64,000 nucleotides of DNA, taken from the NCBI GenBank assembly GCA_964187785.1, contig OZ076411.1, positions 35,836,001-35,900,000 of the forward strand, written 5' to 3'. The notes under the pieces are model-generated. The model worked only from the letters and a program-made list of their open reading frames with translations, was not told the DNA's origin and did not search any database. This DNA is from Amphiscolops sp. MND2022. Taxonomy: Eukaryota. This document shows, in pieces, positions 1 through 11,794 of the stretch; position 1 is the stretch's first letter; each line of letters begins with the position of its first letter. The position numbers and the translations under genes were made by a program.

Positions 1-915
1 GTTCAGAAAAGAATCACAAACTGAGTGGCATATCTAGACCAGTTTGAGCTCTGGCGAAACGTATTACCGCTGACTACTGCTTTACTGAAAAGTACACCCC
101 CTATCCAACGAAAAAGATTGTAATTACCACTGCTACCGTTTTGACAGATCACCGTTCTGACATCACTCCGTTTTGACATCAGGTTTTGGAAACGGTAATT
201 GCTGCAAAAACGCGCAACATAAAGATGAATATTTTTTATCCTGTCTCAATAAAAACGATTTCAATTGGCCTTATAGCGTTCAAAATTTGCCTTCAAAATG
301 TTTGAAAGTGAGAAATCAGAGCAGTGCTCTGGTTTCTTATCACCGTTATCGAACAAAGTTTTTTTCTGGCGCTTTGAATAGTGTTTGAACCGTTAATATT
401 ATCGCTGTATTTAACATTCTAAAACAATTTTTTTTTCACCGAAAGAAAACTTCAAAATTTTACACAAGAACCTTAGACTTGAGCTGGTTTTCCCTCAAGT
501 AAAAGAAGTGACTTTTTTTCTGATTTTCAGCGAAAGGCTGGAAAATCTATTAGCCATCCCCAGTCTTCACGGCCATGTTCAGTCTCAATTGCCTGGTTGA
601 TACCTTGACGGCTCGAACTTTGTCAATCTGACACTGTAAGAATGGTGTCGAGTCTGAATTTTCCGGTTGAAATACAGGCGTTTCGACAGTCTCCAACTGT
701 TTTCCAGCTAATACCGCGCTCCTGAGGAGACTCTAAGTCATTTCTTCTTCGTCCCCGTATGCGCAGACGACTTTTATTTTAAACAACAAATTAGTCTCGG
801 TTTCGTGCTCAATCACCAAAGCCGAATTCAACCTGTAAACGTTAAAAAACCGCTCGAAACGCCACCTAACATTCTTCTAACCAGTGTCCAAAGTCAATTG
901 TTGATAAGCCACAAC

Positions 916-1124
916 TGTATTCTAAGGATCTAGGCTAAGAGAAAGGGAATTGTTAAAAGAGATAGATCTATGTTTATATGACTGATCTGTAACAAAACAA
1001 ATGTATCAATGTATGTATGGTATAGGAGTCTATTTAGTGTTTGTTGGTAAACAACTCCTAGCTTCTAGACTGCTGGTATCCGAATATACGGTAGAGGTCA
1101 AGCCGGTATGAACCGAATATGACA
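916..1124 (-). repeat. 3' LTR of element 1
   Basis: tgtattctaagg...gaatatgaca; about 7 substitutions and 1 indel against 6561-6770 by eye. Confidence 0.95.
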
Positions 1125-1141
1125 TTTCCCCCTCTCTCTTC
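1125..1141 (-). promoter_or_regulatory. Polypurine tract of element 1
   Basis: Plus strand tttccccctctctcttc reads GAAGAGAGAGGGGGAAA on the minus strand, directly abutting the LTR. Confidence 0.9.
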
Positions 1142-1287
1142 TCAGTTCTGGCTTGATGGTCCTGGGGGTGTATTTTCTTCGGGAAGGAAATCGGATGACT
1201 TCTGGACCTTCTCGGGTAGAGGTGTTCCTTTGGGCCTGTTCCACGAGCTTCCTGTAATATACATATAATTTATTACACTCGGTTGTT

Positions 1288-4200
1288 TTAACCCCAAAAG
1301 TTTCCGGTATAAGGTATGCTACCGTATCTATTCGGTTTTTTACTATTTCGATTTGATCGCCTTCTTTGGTTTTCTAAATTCTCACCCGTCATTTCTCCGT
1401 CGAAGTAGATTTGTAGGGCGTCTTCTTCCGGACTAGTTCGGATCGGTACAAAGCTTCCGTTGCGTTCAGAGGTATCGTATACCTTTGTTGGTGTTCCGGT
1501 TTCTTCCGGCATCTCTTCATCGTCGTCGTCATCTTCATCGTCGGTCTCACTTTCCGGTTGTTTCGGGTTTTGTACAATTTTTAGTTTGCCGTTCAATATG
1601 TCCCTTAGGATCTCGTCCCATCGGCCATATTTTCCGTTTAAGCCCCTCAAGCAGTGTCTGTTTTTTGGGTTTATCTCTTCGCTTGTATTGATTGCCGGTT
1701 CTTTTCTGGCTTTTCCTTCGGTCTGAAACAATGGTCCCGAAATATATTTCCGGTTTATTATTTTTCCGGTATCGGTTTTTATGGTACTTTCGGTTCCGCT
1801 AACCGCGGTTTGTATTTTATTTTGGAATCTCCCTTCCAGTGCATTTTTGTTGTAATTTTTTTCAACGAACTTGAATGAATATCTAACCAAATTTTTCTTC
1901 TTTGGAGATTTTTGGCTTTCGGTGAGTTGTTTTTCCTCCAATTTTGTCCTTGCCATTACCATATGATTGGTGATCTCTCCTTCCGCATCGCGGCCCACAT
2001 AGATTGGTCTTTTGGATCTGGTTGTTGCTGAAATAGGCATTTCTGACCAATTAGATAGGTATCTTTTTCCGTCTTTAAGGATGTTCGTTAGTTCGGTTCT
2101 CGGTTTTCTACCGTGGTGTAGTTCAAACGGTGTTATTTTTAGACCGGTATGTATTGCAAATCGCATAACCCGTAACGCTCTGTTTACGCTATCCGTTATG
2201 CCTATTCCGTCTTACAAATTTGCTATTATTAGGTTTTTGAGCGTTTGTATTGCTCTTTCCACTGCTCCGTTTCCCGTATGCATTCGGGGTGTACAATATT
2301 CAATTTCGATGTTTCGATTTTTGCAAAATTCTTGGTATTCTTTCGAAATGGATGCTCCGCCTTTGTCTGATTTTATTTTCTCCGGTATTCCGTATAAATT
2401 AAAATTACTTGTTAAGAAGTTCATCACTTCTTTTGTTTCCGCTGATTTACAGATTTTTACGGTCGGCCATTTGCTAAATCTATCAACCGCAATCAGTATC
2501 TGTGTTTCGCCGTGTAAATGTTTATTGTGTAGTTTTCCGGTAAAATCGATTTGAATTTCTTGTCCCGGTTTGGATAGTTTTTTTAATTTTCCGTAATGTT
2601 CTTTTGGTAATTGATATTTAGGGTTTTTACCTGATGCGAGGCATGCTGTACAGTCTTGTACTTTATTTTCAATGTCCTTCTTTAAGTCCGGCCACCAGAA
2701 TATTTTTGCTTCGGACATCATCTTCGTTATTCCGGAGAGACCGAAGTGCAGTATCTCCAGTAATCGGCGTCTGAGGTCGATTGGGATTACTATTTGGTCG
2801 TCGACAAAGACCAGGCCCCATCTAATTGACAGCTTGTCGAAAACTGTCCGATATCCCTCCGGAATTGTTTTGCGGTCTTCTCTCCGCATGCTGGTTCTGA
2901 GTCGGGTCAGTTCCGGATCTATGGCGGTCTTCGCTATCATCGTTTTTAAGTCCATCATGAAGTCGAACTCGGCTTTCTTTATGTGGTCTTCGGTTATTTG
3001 TTTGTTTGCGGTGAGTTTGCCGACAATATGACTGTTTTGGATGTATTTAGCTTCTTTTCCATCCGTGATGTATTTGCTGATATCTACGATTGGTAGATTG
3101 TCGCCTCGCATGATTACACTGTCCTCTTCAGTTTCAGCGGTCTCTACCTCTCCTTCTTCTCGCATTTCTTCTTCTTCTCTGGGAATTACCAGGTGGTATC
3201 CACCTCCCAATCGATTGGCTCTCCGTAATAGCTCTGCGTCGATTTCGGCTATTTCTTCCCTACTTCTTCTGTTCGAGCGAGTTGGGACGAATACTGTCCG
3301 TTGGGTATGGTGGTCGTATCTACGTCGTAGAGTCCCGGGTCTTGATAGTGTGCTTCTTTGCTCCACTAGTCTGCTTGTCTCGAGGCTGTTGTTTCGTCTC
3401 CGTATGATATTTATAATCTCACGTGTGGCGCCCCAGTGATGGAAATTTTCTCGATCCATTTCGGTAAGTTCCGTATGTAAATCTGATTTAATTTTGTTTT
3501 GAACAAATTTTGAGTTTTCTTTCGGTAAGCAACTTGAGCTTGGCGTGCTAATATCGGACTGCCCGGATGTATTATTCTCACTTTGTTGAATTTTGTTCAC
3601 GCCGCAATGCTTCTCAAATGTTCTATTCGAATGTGATTGGTTGCGGATTTTCTCATTCTGTTTTTCGGATGTACCATTTTCAGTTTCAGTTTTGATTTTG
3701 CTGCTTTCTGATTGGTTGGCGAATAGTTGTCCGTATTTCAAATTCAATTCGGCTTGTTCGGTCAATATGTTAATTACGTATTCCTCATCGTAATTTTCTT
3801 CCGGTGTGGCTCCCCCTACCGGATTTCTGCTGAGATAATAGGTAAATTTTAAATTACTGCCTGCGATATGTTGTATTGATATATCAAAGTGCGTCAGGTG
3901 ATCTAACCACCTTGTCAATCTCGCGCTATATTGTTTTTTGCTTCGGTTTCTTTTTATGAGTGGTTCTAGTGCTTGGTGGTCGGTGTTTAGGTAAACTTTC
4001 TTCCGTACAGATAAAATCGGAATTTCTCTAATCCCCGCACCACTGCCAATAATTCCAATTCGCCGATTGAGTATTTCTTTTCGGTTTCATTCAAGTATCT
4101 GCTTCCGTATGCTATCGGTTTTGTATTTCCATCATCTTGTTTTTGCCAAAGCGTTATTCCCAGCCCGGTTGTGCTGGCGTCGGTTGTCACAATATTGTCT

Positions 4201-4800
4201 TTTTGTTTTGCGTAGTGTGCCAGGCATGGACCTTCGGCAAGCATTTGTTTTATTTGTTTTATTCGGTTAAAATCCGTTTCTTGTTCCGGTCCCCATTTCC
4301 AATGTTCGTTCTTTTTGATTAATTTTCTCAATCTATCGGTCCGTTCCGAAAGTTTCGGTAAATATTTCGCCATGTATTGTATTGCTCCGAGAAACGATTT
4401 TAATTCTTTTGTATTTTCCTGTGATTTTAATTTCAATATTGCTTCCACTTTTTCTTCGTTCGGTTTATTTCCATTTTCTTCAATTTCGTGTCCCAGCCAT
4501 TTTGTGCGGTTCATGAAGAATTCGGATTTCTTTTTACTTGCCCGGTACCCGGCTTTTTCTAGTTTATTCAGTATGTCAAATAACTTTTTCTCGTGGTCTT
4601 GTTTATTTCCTCGGGTTACTACGATAATATCGTCTAGCCAAGCAGGTGTGCAGTTCAGAGTGTGCGGTCGACTTTCTCTTGGAATATGGTGGGTATGTCG
4701 GCCAAACCGTAGAAACCTTTCTTAAACCGGTAGTATCCGCTGAATTTTCCTCCGGTTAATGCGAATACGCATTGTCTGCTGGTTTCTTCGGATAGTTTCA
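1288..4800 (-). pseudogene. pol: pol remnant of element 1 (RT C-terminus, RNase H, integrase, acidic C-terminal tail)
   Basis: ORFs 3987..4514 (LKSFLGAIQYM, TDASTTGLG, ELELLAV), 2212..3918 (LHFG...CTAC, IDFTG, DRFSKW, SDKG, GAVERAIQTLK) and 1288..2166 (TPFELHHGRKPR); frames interrupted. Confidence 0.92.
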
Positions 4801-4819
4801 TATGGCCGTACGCATAATC

Positions 4820-6508
4820 CTAGTCGATCTTTGAAATGAATAATTGTAGTGTTCGATCACGTGTTATTTCTACCGAAATTTGGTTTAACAATTCTTCCAT
4901 ATTCGGCATGTGTGGTCTCATTTTAATACAGCTGTCATTTAGTTTGCGTGAATCCAAAGCTCTTTTCACCGATTTATCGTTCTTCACAGTTATCACTACC
5001 GGTGATACAAAACAATCTTTGCCTACGTCTTTCACTTTTTCCAAGTGTCCGGATTTTATTAATTTTTCTAATTCCCGTCCTACATCTTCCTGTAGATGTA
5101 GTGGTATCGGTCTAGCCTTTTGTTTCACCGGATAATGTCCAAGTTTTAATTGGATGTTTATTTCGGTATTTTTGATTGTGTCGTTGTTCTCAAATAAGTC
5201 CGGAAATTTGTTGAATATTTTCCCGCGTTCTGATTGGTTGTTCTCGGCCAATTGTATTCTTCTGATTGTCAGTTTGAATTTCTTCATCCAATCCATACCG
5301 AGTAATGGTGTTATATCTGTTCTTTCGGTTATTAGGATTTCCATTTTCTGTTTATTATTCTCATGTTCGATGTTTACCGGTATTTTCCCACGGAATTTTA
5401 CTTCGTTTTTGTTTACATCTTGGTATCGGTTGGTTAATTTCTGAATTTCGATTGATTTCATAATTCTTTCGTCGGGTGACATAATTGAAATGGGTGATCC
5501 GGTGTCAATTATGAATTCTTTCTTTACCCCGTTAACTCGTACTACCGCTGTAAAGTGTTTGCTCATTTCGTTTATTTTCTTGATTTCTTTTATGTGGTGC
5601 ATGCTTTCATCTGATTTGCTTGTTGATTCGTCCGGTTCGTTCATTTCTTCTTCGGTTAGTCTTTTCACTGTGCGGTTGTTGTTGAATTTTTGTCTGCATG
5701 CTTTCGCGTAATAACCATTCTTTCCGCATTTGTTGCAGTTCGCTTCTAGTGCGGGACAATTATGTATCGGTGTCCAGTTTGGAGCATTGCAAAATCTGCA
5801 TGTACGGTTCCCGTAGTTTTTATTTTTTGGTCTAGTTGCGAATCGTTCCATTCTTTGTATTGGTTTTTTTATCATGTGTTTTTCTTTTGTTGATATCAAA
5901 GCTTCCGGTATTGTGTTCTTTTTATTCTTTTTCTCGTATGTATTTTGTTTTATCAGTTCGATTTTTTTCTTCAGTTCCAACGTTTTTTGTTTCATTATTT
6001 TGTCCCGTAATTTTTCATCGGTAATTGCGGTCATGTATTTTGATATCAACAATTCTTCGGCTGATGATATTGCATTAAAGTTGCACTCTTTTTCGATTTC
6101 AATTAGTCGTCTCCAGAGTTCCTCCGATGTCTCATCTTCGGTTTGCTTCGCCCAAAAGAATTCGCCTCAAATGTAGTAAGTGTTTCTTTTCGGCATGTAG
6201 AATTCGGTGAATAACCGGATTAGGTCCTTTACTTTTATACTGTCAGGTTCCGTTTTATATTCGGCCCTGGTTATTTGGTATAATGCTTCCGGTCCCACTC
6301 CCCATATGAAATCTTCTTGTACGGCTTGTTGTTTTCCGTTGCAATCGGTATCCGTAATGTTTTCTCATTTCAGTATATGGTTAATATCAATTTTGTGTTC
6401 CCGTTTACAAAACTGCCGGAACCTTTCAAGCCATTGTCTCGGTGTAAATAACGGGTTTCCGTCTGTGGCTTTTGTTTCTAGATTTGGGACGATATTTCTT
6501 TCAGCCAT
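4820..6508 (-). pseudogene. gag: gag-protease-RT start of element 1
   Basis: ATG at 6508 (MAERNIVPNL...) is interrupted by stops. ORF 4820..6052 has two degenerate CCHC knuckles (CRFCNAPNW..HNC, CNKCGKNGYYAKAC), protease IIDTGS and RT start (SPVVITVK...LDSRKLN). Confidence 0.88.
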
Positions 6509-6540
6509 TGTTTTCCGTTATAAAGGGTTATAAATTAAAA

Positions 6541-6557
6541 ATCGGCTGACTGCGCCA
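6541..6557 (-). promoter_or_regulatory. Primer-binding site of element 1, tRNA-Ser-like
   Basis: Minus strand TGGCGCAGTCAGCCGAT, 3 nt inside the 5' LTR. TGGCGCAGTC matches the complement of invertebrate tRNA-Ser 3' ends with a GCAGTCG acceptor stem. Confidence 0.75.
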
Positions 6558-6560
6558 TGT

Positions 6561-6770
6561 TGTATTCTAAGGATCTAGGCTAAGAGAAAAGGGAATTGTT
6601 AAAAGAGATAGATCTATGTTTATATGACTGATCTGTAACAAAACAACTGTATCAATTTATGTATGGTACAGGAGTCTACTTAGAGTTTGTTGGTAAACAA
6701 TTCCTAGCTTCTACACTGCTGGTATCCGAATATACGGTAGAGGTCAAGCCGGTATGAACCGAATATGACA
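6561..6770 (-). repeat. 5' LTR of element 1
   Basis: Direct repeat of 916-1124 with TG...CA termini. Confidence 0.95.
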
Positions 6771-7089
6771 CCGACAATTTTCCTATTTCTGAAAAATCCA
6801 TCGTCTGAAAGAACAATGCTCCTGAACAATCCACTTGCGAAAATGAGACGCTAATGCATTCATCGACTTGGCTGAAATGTAGATCTTAGCTGAAGTTTTG
6901 GCGAGTAGTTGTAAAAAGACGAAGGAGCCATTGGATACCTTAGTGTTTCGATAATACACAGCAGGAGCCATTGAAACTGGAATTGTTCACCACTGAGAAA
7001 AAGTTTGCTGCGAAACGCGCGCTCAGCAGCTCGTCCAAACTACTCTAAACAATTCGCTCTAAATTGACCTCGTGACTCTCTTAGGGTAG

Positions 7090-7830
7090 TAAATAACATT
7101 TCGATGTTTCATGTTTCGATGCAAAACATATGTCATACCCTGATAGTCTTTAGATAGTTACATACATCTTCATCAAGCAGTTGCACGAATAACATCGTCA
7201 TTAAGACGTTGACAGCTTGAAATTGTTGGTGCAGCAACAGTTTGCCATAGTCAAGCTTAGAACCGTTTGAGATTTTTAATTTCGGTTTAAGAACGGTGAG
7301 AATCTATATTACTTGTCTAACTACCAGAGCTCTCCACATTGAAGTTAAGTTTTTCATGGACACACGTTGTTTCGTAATGGGAATTGATAGCCTTACTGCC
7401 CATCAAAGTAACCCTTATACCCATCTCTTCAATGCTCTGACAACTGTACGAATTTCATTGCTCGCGAAAAGGTGTTCTTTCGAAACATTTCGACTTGGAC
7501 CGAAGGTTGACCGAAGGTTTCGTCAAAAAAGACGCGATATCGTTTCTGAATTTTTGAGCCAAACAGTCCACGGGGAGACTATCCACTTGTTTGTTTTCCG
7601 AGTTGAACTTCAAGAAGATAAGATATAGATAACGAAATCTTAAGTAATCTTCTATGCCTCACGTGTGGAGTTTTATACTGAAATTTTAGAATCGCAGGCC
7701 AAACCTTGGAATTAGGGTGATGGTTTTTTATTCCTGAAATCTATTCCTTCTCAAGGCCTTCGCGAAATTACTGGAGTAGCTGGAAATTGGACACGAAGGG
7801 TTAGACTCTAGAGTGACGTTTCCAAGCATC
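7090..7830 (+). pseudogene. BEL/Pao-type integrase fragment
   Basis: ORF 7296..7628 begins IYITCLTTRALHIEV..MDTRCFVMGI, resembling the BEL/Pao FTCLxTRAVHLEVxxxMDTxSF motif; the rest is decayed. Confidence 0.65.
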
Positions 7831-9199
7831 ATTTCCAAGCAAGATGTTTTATAATCAATTACCGCGCTACTTTGAAATCTTTTAATTCCAAAGAAAGACG
7901 AGACAATTTTAGGAGAGGGTTAGAGCGTTTTTGCGGCAAGGTGGGCGGTTTTAATGTTTTAACAACCAAAAATGTTTAAAAGTGAAACAAAGAATTATCA
8001 TTTTCGTGTTTTTTTAAAGTTTAATTGCTTTAAAAAAGTAGTTTTACCTTCAAAAAGGTTTCTCCATTGTTTTCTTGCAATTGTGTGTCAGTTTTGAAAA
8101 ACTTTGCTAGCCAGAATGCGATATCGTTTTTGTTTTTCTGTAAAATAAATCCCACCAGGTTGAAAGTTTGTATCTAAATGGTGTCGATCTTTCTAAACAT
8201 TCAAGTTGAACTACAAAAAGAAAAAGTGTTACATACAAAAACTGACATAATGTCCGACCTGCAATAAGTCTTATCATTCAAAGAGGAGAACGTTTGCATC
8301 TACCCGGTGTCGACATTTAGTAGCTCATCAAATTGAACAATAACAATTCCAATGCGTGTACTCCAACACAAAATGCGCTTTATCCAAACTGTCCTGATAC
8401 AATAACTGTTCTGCATGTGACTATGAAAGATGCGCTTTGTTCGAATTGTTGAAATTGCTTCTAAATTAGATCAGGTGTTGCTAACAACAAAACGGCGATC
8501 GAATTGAACTGCTTTTGAAATTTAGTATCTGTCCAAACAGAAAATTGTTCTTTGAAATAAAGAATTTATCGATACAAATTGGGCTATATGCAAATAATTG
8601 ATATTGTTTCTGAATTATTGTGGGTCTTTACGTTAACAAAAACACTCTTTCTCTGAAATTACTTATCTCGAAGTGTTCTCAGTGTTCTCAGTGTTCTTCC
8701 GATACGTTTAGTTTGTCAAATCATTGAGATCGGAATGTATCTGAAAACCTACTGCCAAAATCCCAAAGCCACTGACTGCACCTCTTGTTTGAAAAAATAT
8801 TTTGATTCATAAAATATTTATCGATTAATGTTCCGAATGTTTGATTGTCATGACAAATTGTAAATTTTACGAGGTTAAGATGTACCCATGTAAAACCACA
8901 AGCCGGGATAACCCAAATTGGGGTCCGCTGCTCGCTCGAAATACGAAAAGCCTGCTATGCTTCATCACTTTGGGTGACTCGGGATTCCTCCTTCATGGGT
9001 GACTCGCTCCTTAGTTGGCTTCAATCTAATTTATCCAGCAGACCGATAATGCATTCGTTTCCTCTTGCGTTTAGTGCATTAGAAGTGAACGACTGTGGTT
9101 GATCACGATTGTCGTCTATGGACGTATTTAACTGGACTGATCCTTAGAACGCGCTATTAAAGACTGAGAACTTTCATAGTAGCGAAATGAACATTAATT

Positions 9200-10188
9200 A
9201 ATGCTTAAGATGAAGCGTGAAATCAACTTTGCCATAGAGGCGATTCCTAATATAATCGGCAACAAACACCTGGAAAAATGTCCGTCAACATTTGGAAATG
9301 ATACTGGCGAGTAGATTAGATAAGTTTTAATAGCACGGTCAAACTGCGAAATGTAAAAACCACCTAGGCAGGAAAGCGTAGCATATTTTAAAATCCTACT
9401 TGAAAATTTAACCGTTTGTTTTGTTTAACTTCACACGATCTTGAGGAAACGAAAGATGGAGGCACCCTTCACTGTTGAGACAAGAAACGAATTGCCCCGT
9501 CATGGGCATGGAGTTAGACCGGACGTTTAACTCGTAACAATAAAGAAATTAGTTCGAACGGAGAAGTGCGGAAAATACCATACGGAGCACATCGGATTCC
9601 GAAATCTAATTCATTGTAGGAACAATCACACATTTTCGTTGGTTACGATGATGGCTGGTTGTTAGAATCACTATTTACATTCACAAATTATATCCTTTAG
9701 ACTGTTTCTTGTCGAGAAGTTTGATCAATTTTGCTTTTTTTGTTTCGCATCTTGAACTAAAAGGAGAACAGTTTGACTGGAAAACATTACGCAGAGCAGG
9801 CCTAATTTTTGAAACAACCAGACTAAACAACGAATGAAAAGTGGCAATTTAATCATGCTGTAATTATTAATCTACTGTTAACAGAATCCGCAATTGCCCC
9901 GAAAACAAAATACCGGACTATATATCCGACTTTACTCACAGTCTGGGAGAAATTGCTTGTGTTTCCAACGAGGCGCCACTTTCCGAACGTCTTTGAAATC
10001 TTCATCTGCATAAAAGGATTGACACTTTCCAGTCTCAAGAAACCAGACACCCATGTTGATGGATGCTTCTGAAGACTGAGAACAACTGAACGAGCACATT
10101 GCTTTCACACTTTTGTAGAACGTCTTTTGTTTGTTCATGTGGTCCGAGTTCCATTTTGTGAGGTCAGAATGTGTTTTTATATGATTCG
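9200..10188 (-). pseudogene. Highly decayed gypsy pol (RNase H/integrase) into which element 2 inserted; continues at ~28137-28500
   Basis: Minus-strand remnants resembling LTKxxxW...xxAFxxLK (HSDLTKWNSDHMNKQKTFYKSVK), a DAS-like RNase H motif, an integrase VDxFSR-like motif near 9280 and an FLG-like RT motif near 28350. Confidence 0.5.
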
Positions 10189-10312
10189 TGTCGCGCTATG
10201 ACTAACGCTCTAACGAATCACCAAAAGGCGCTTTCTATTATAAAAAATAACACTTGCAAAGAGAAACATAAAACTTGAACTAACGTTGTGTGGAGAGTGG
10301 AAAGTTGAAGTA

Positions 10313-10323
10313 AATATGGCGGC
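10313..10323 (+). promoter_or_regulatory. YY1-like motif in LTR U3
   Basis: AATATGGCGGC fits the AANATGGCGG consensus; single short motif. Confidence 0.3.
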
Positions 10324-10892
10324 GGCCATAACGCGGCGGCCTCGAAGTGGAGTAATAAGTAATGGAATACTACGGGAAAGGAATTGCACAAGTGAAAATT
10401 TCTATTTCTTACCGCGGATATTTGAATTTTAAAGCTGAGCTACCATTGGTAGCATGCAACACATGCCGGCCAGGCACTTCAACAGCTGTGCTGAACTGTT
10501 TTTATACCGCGCACACAGGCTGGAGATTCATTCTTTCCCGCCGGACGGCTGAGCTCAACTTACAGCTCTCTCTCTCTCTCTCTCTCTCCTCAACTTATCA
10601 ATTCCTCTACTTCTCTTACACTTACTCTCCCCCTTCTCCCCCTCGACTCTTACTCTCCACTTTCTCTTTGCTTACATTGCACTTGTCTTATCTCAGACTT
10701 ATAAAGTCAAACTTTCCTCCTTTTCTCCCTTCTCTCAAGCAAAAACTTATCTTTGCTTTTTCTCTATTCCCCAACAGAATTTTCTATCTTAGAAAATTCT
10801 CTTCAATTCAACTTGGTCTCCAGTTTGGTGAGTCGAAAATATCTTAGATTTTTTCTTTTAGAGGAGATTTTTTACTCTCCCTCTTTCTAACT

Positions 10893-11106
10893 AAATTATA
10901 TCTTAGAATAATTCCGCTGATTCAATTCTGCGGATTCTATTTTATAATAATTCCGTTGATACAATTCTGCGGTTGTTAAAATTATATCTTAAAATAATTC
11001 CGCTGATTCAATTCTGCGGAGTCTATCTTATAATAATTCCGTTGATACAATTCTGCGGTTGTTAATATTATATCTTAGAATAATTCCGCTGATTTAATTC
11101 TGCGGT
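10893..11106 (+). repeat. LTR-internal tandem repeat, 2.5 x 86 bp (five ~43-bp subunits); also at 27252-27465
   Basis: Recurring TAATTCCG(C/T)TGAT(T/A)(C/T)AATTCTGCGG core. Confidence 0.9.
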
Positions 11107-11776
11107 TTTCCCCTATTAACTCATTTGTCTTTACCATTCCCATATTCAAAAAGTCTTAATGCTATTCCTAAAAGAAGAGGAGTAGAGACTATAAAATTAA
11201 ATAGTGTTGTCTAAGTTATTACAACACCGAAACTGAATTTTTCGTAAAAAAACTTTCTTCGAACTAAAGGAAATTACTATGAATTTCCTTCGATGCTAAA
11301 TGTATTCATCAATTTGTGCCCTAGATTGAAATAGCTAAGATATTACTTCTGTTGCTGGTAAATAAATTTGGTGAGTTGACTGAATATTGTAAACAGTTGA
11401 ATAAAAACTGATATGTCTGAAGAATTTTATTATGTCCTGAAGTTCAGCTCTTTTATGTAATTCAACAAGTTTGCTAGCATATGCTTTTTTTTATAGTTCA
11501 GAGAGCTCATTTACATTCACTGCCTTGCACTTACTCACGCAAGTTCCTTTGTTCGCACGTACACGCAAGGCACTTTCTTTTCGGTATTACAAAAAATTAC
11601 GTTATTGAGACTTTTCTACTTGTTCTACTTCAATAAAACAACAGTTGTCTGAAAAGCACCTTGCAAAATGTTGTAACAGCTGAGCTGACTAATACGGATA
11701 ACAAATTTGGAATTCCCCTCTAAAAGAGGAAACTGTAAAATAGTAGAACTGAAATATATCCATGCGTGCGACAAAC

Positions 11777-11794
11777 TGGTGCGACCAGTGAGGC
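11777..11794 (+). promoter_or_regulatory. Primer-binding site of element 2
   Basis: TGGTGCGACCAGTGAGGC, 3 nt after the LTR. Cognate tRNA uncertain; the ..TGAGG end resembles elongator tRNA-Met complements. Confidence 0.75.

Larger units (their letters stand above)
916..6770 (-). mobile_element. Decayed Ty3/gypsy LTR retrotransposon (element 1), ~5.85 kb
   Basis: Two ~210-bp TG...CA direct repeats at 916-1124 and 6561-6770, PBS and PPT in minus-strand orientation, gag-PR-RT-RH-IN remnants in gypsy order, broken by stops and frameshifts. Confidence 0.95.
10189..11773 (+). repeat. 5' LTR of element 2
   Basis: tgtcgcgctatg...atgcgtgcgaca; matches 26546-28132 apart from one CT unit in the microsatellite near 10566-10590. 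Confidence 0.97.

Noticed and set aside
560-830. Possible BEL/Pao integrase C-terminal remnant on the minus strand (DKVRAVKVST)
   Set aside because: A single short motif; too degraded to support.
2012-6533. Plus-strand ORFs overlapping element 1 (and similar shadow ORFs over elements 2, 4 and 5)
   Set aside because: Antisense shadows of biased-codon pol/gag sequence; S/F/L-rich with no independent signals.
10362-10847. 161-aa ORF in the 5' LTR (114-aa version at 26719-27063)
   Set aside because: It runs through a (CT)n/pyrimidine tract and is frameshifted between otherwise identical LTRs; composition is low-complexity L/S/F.
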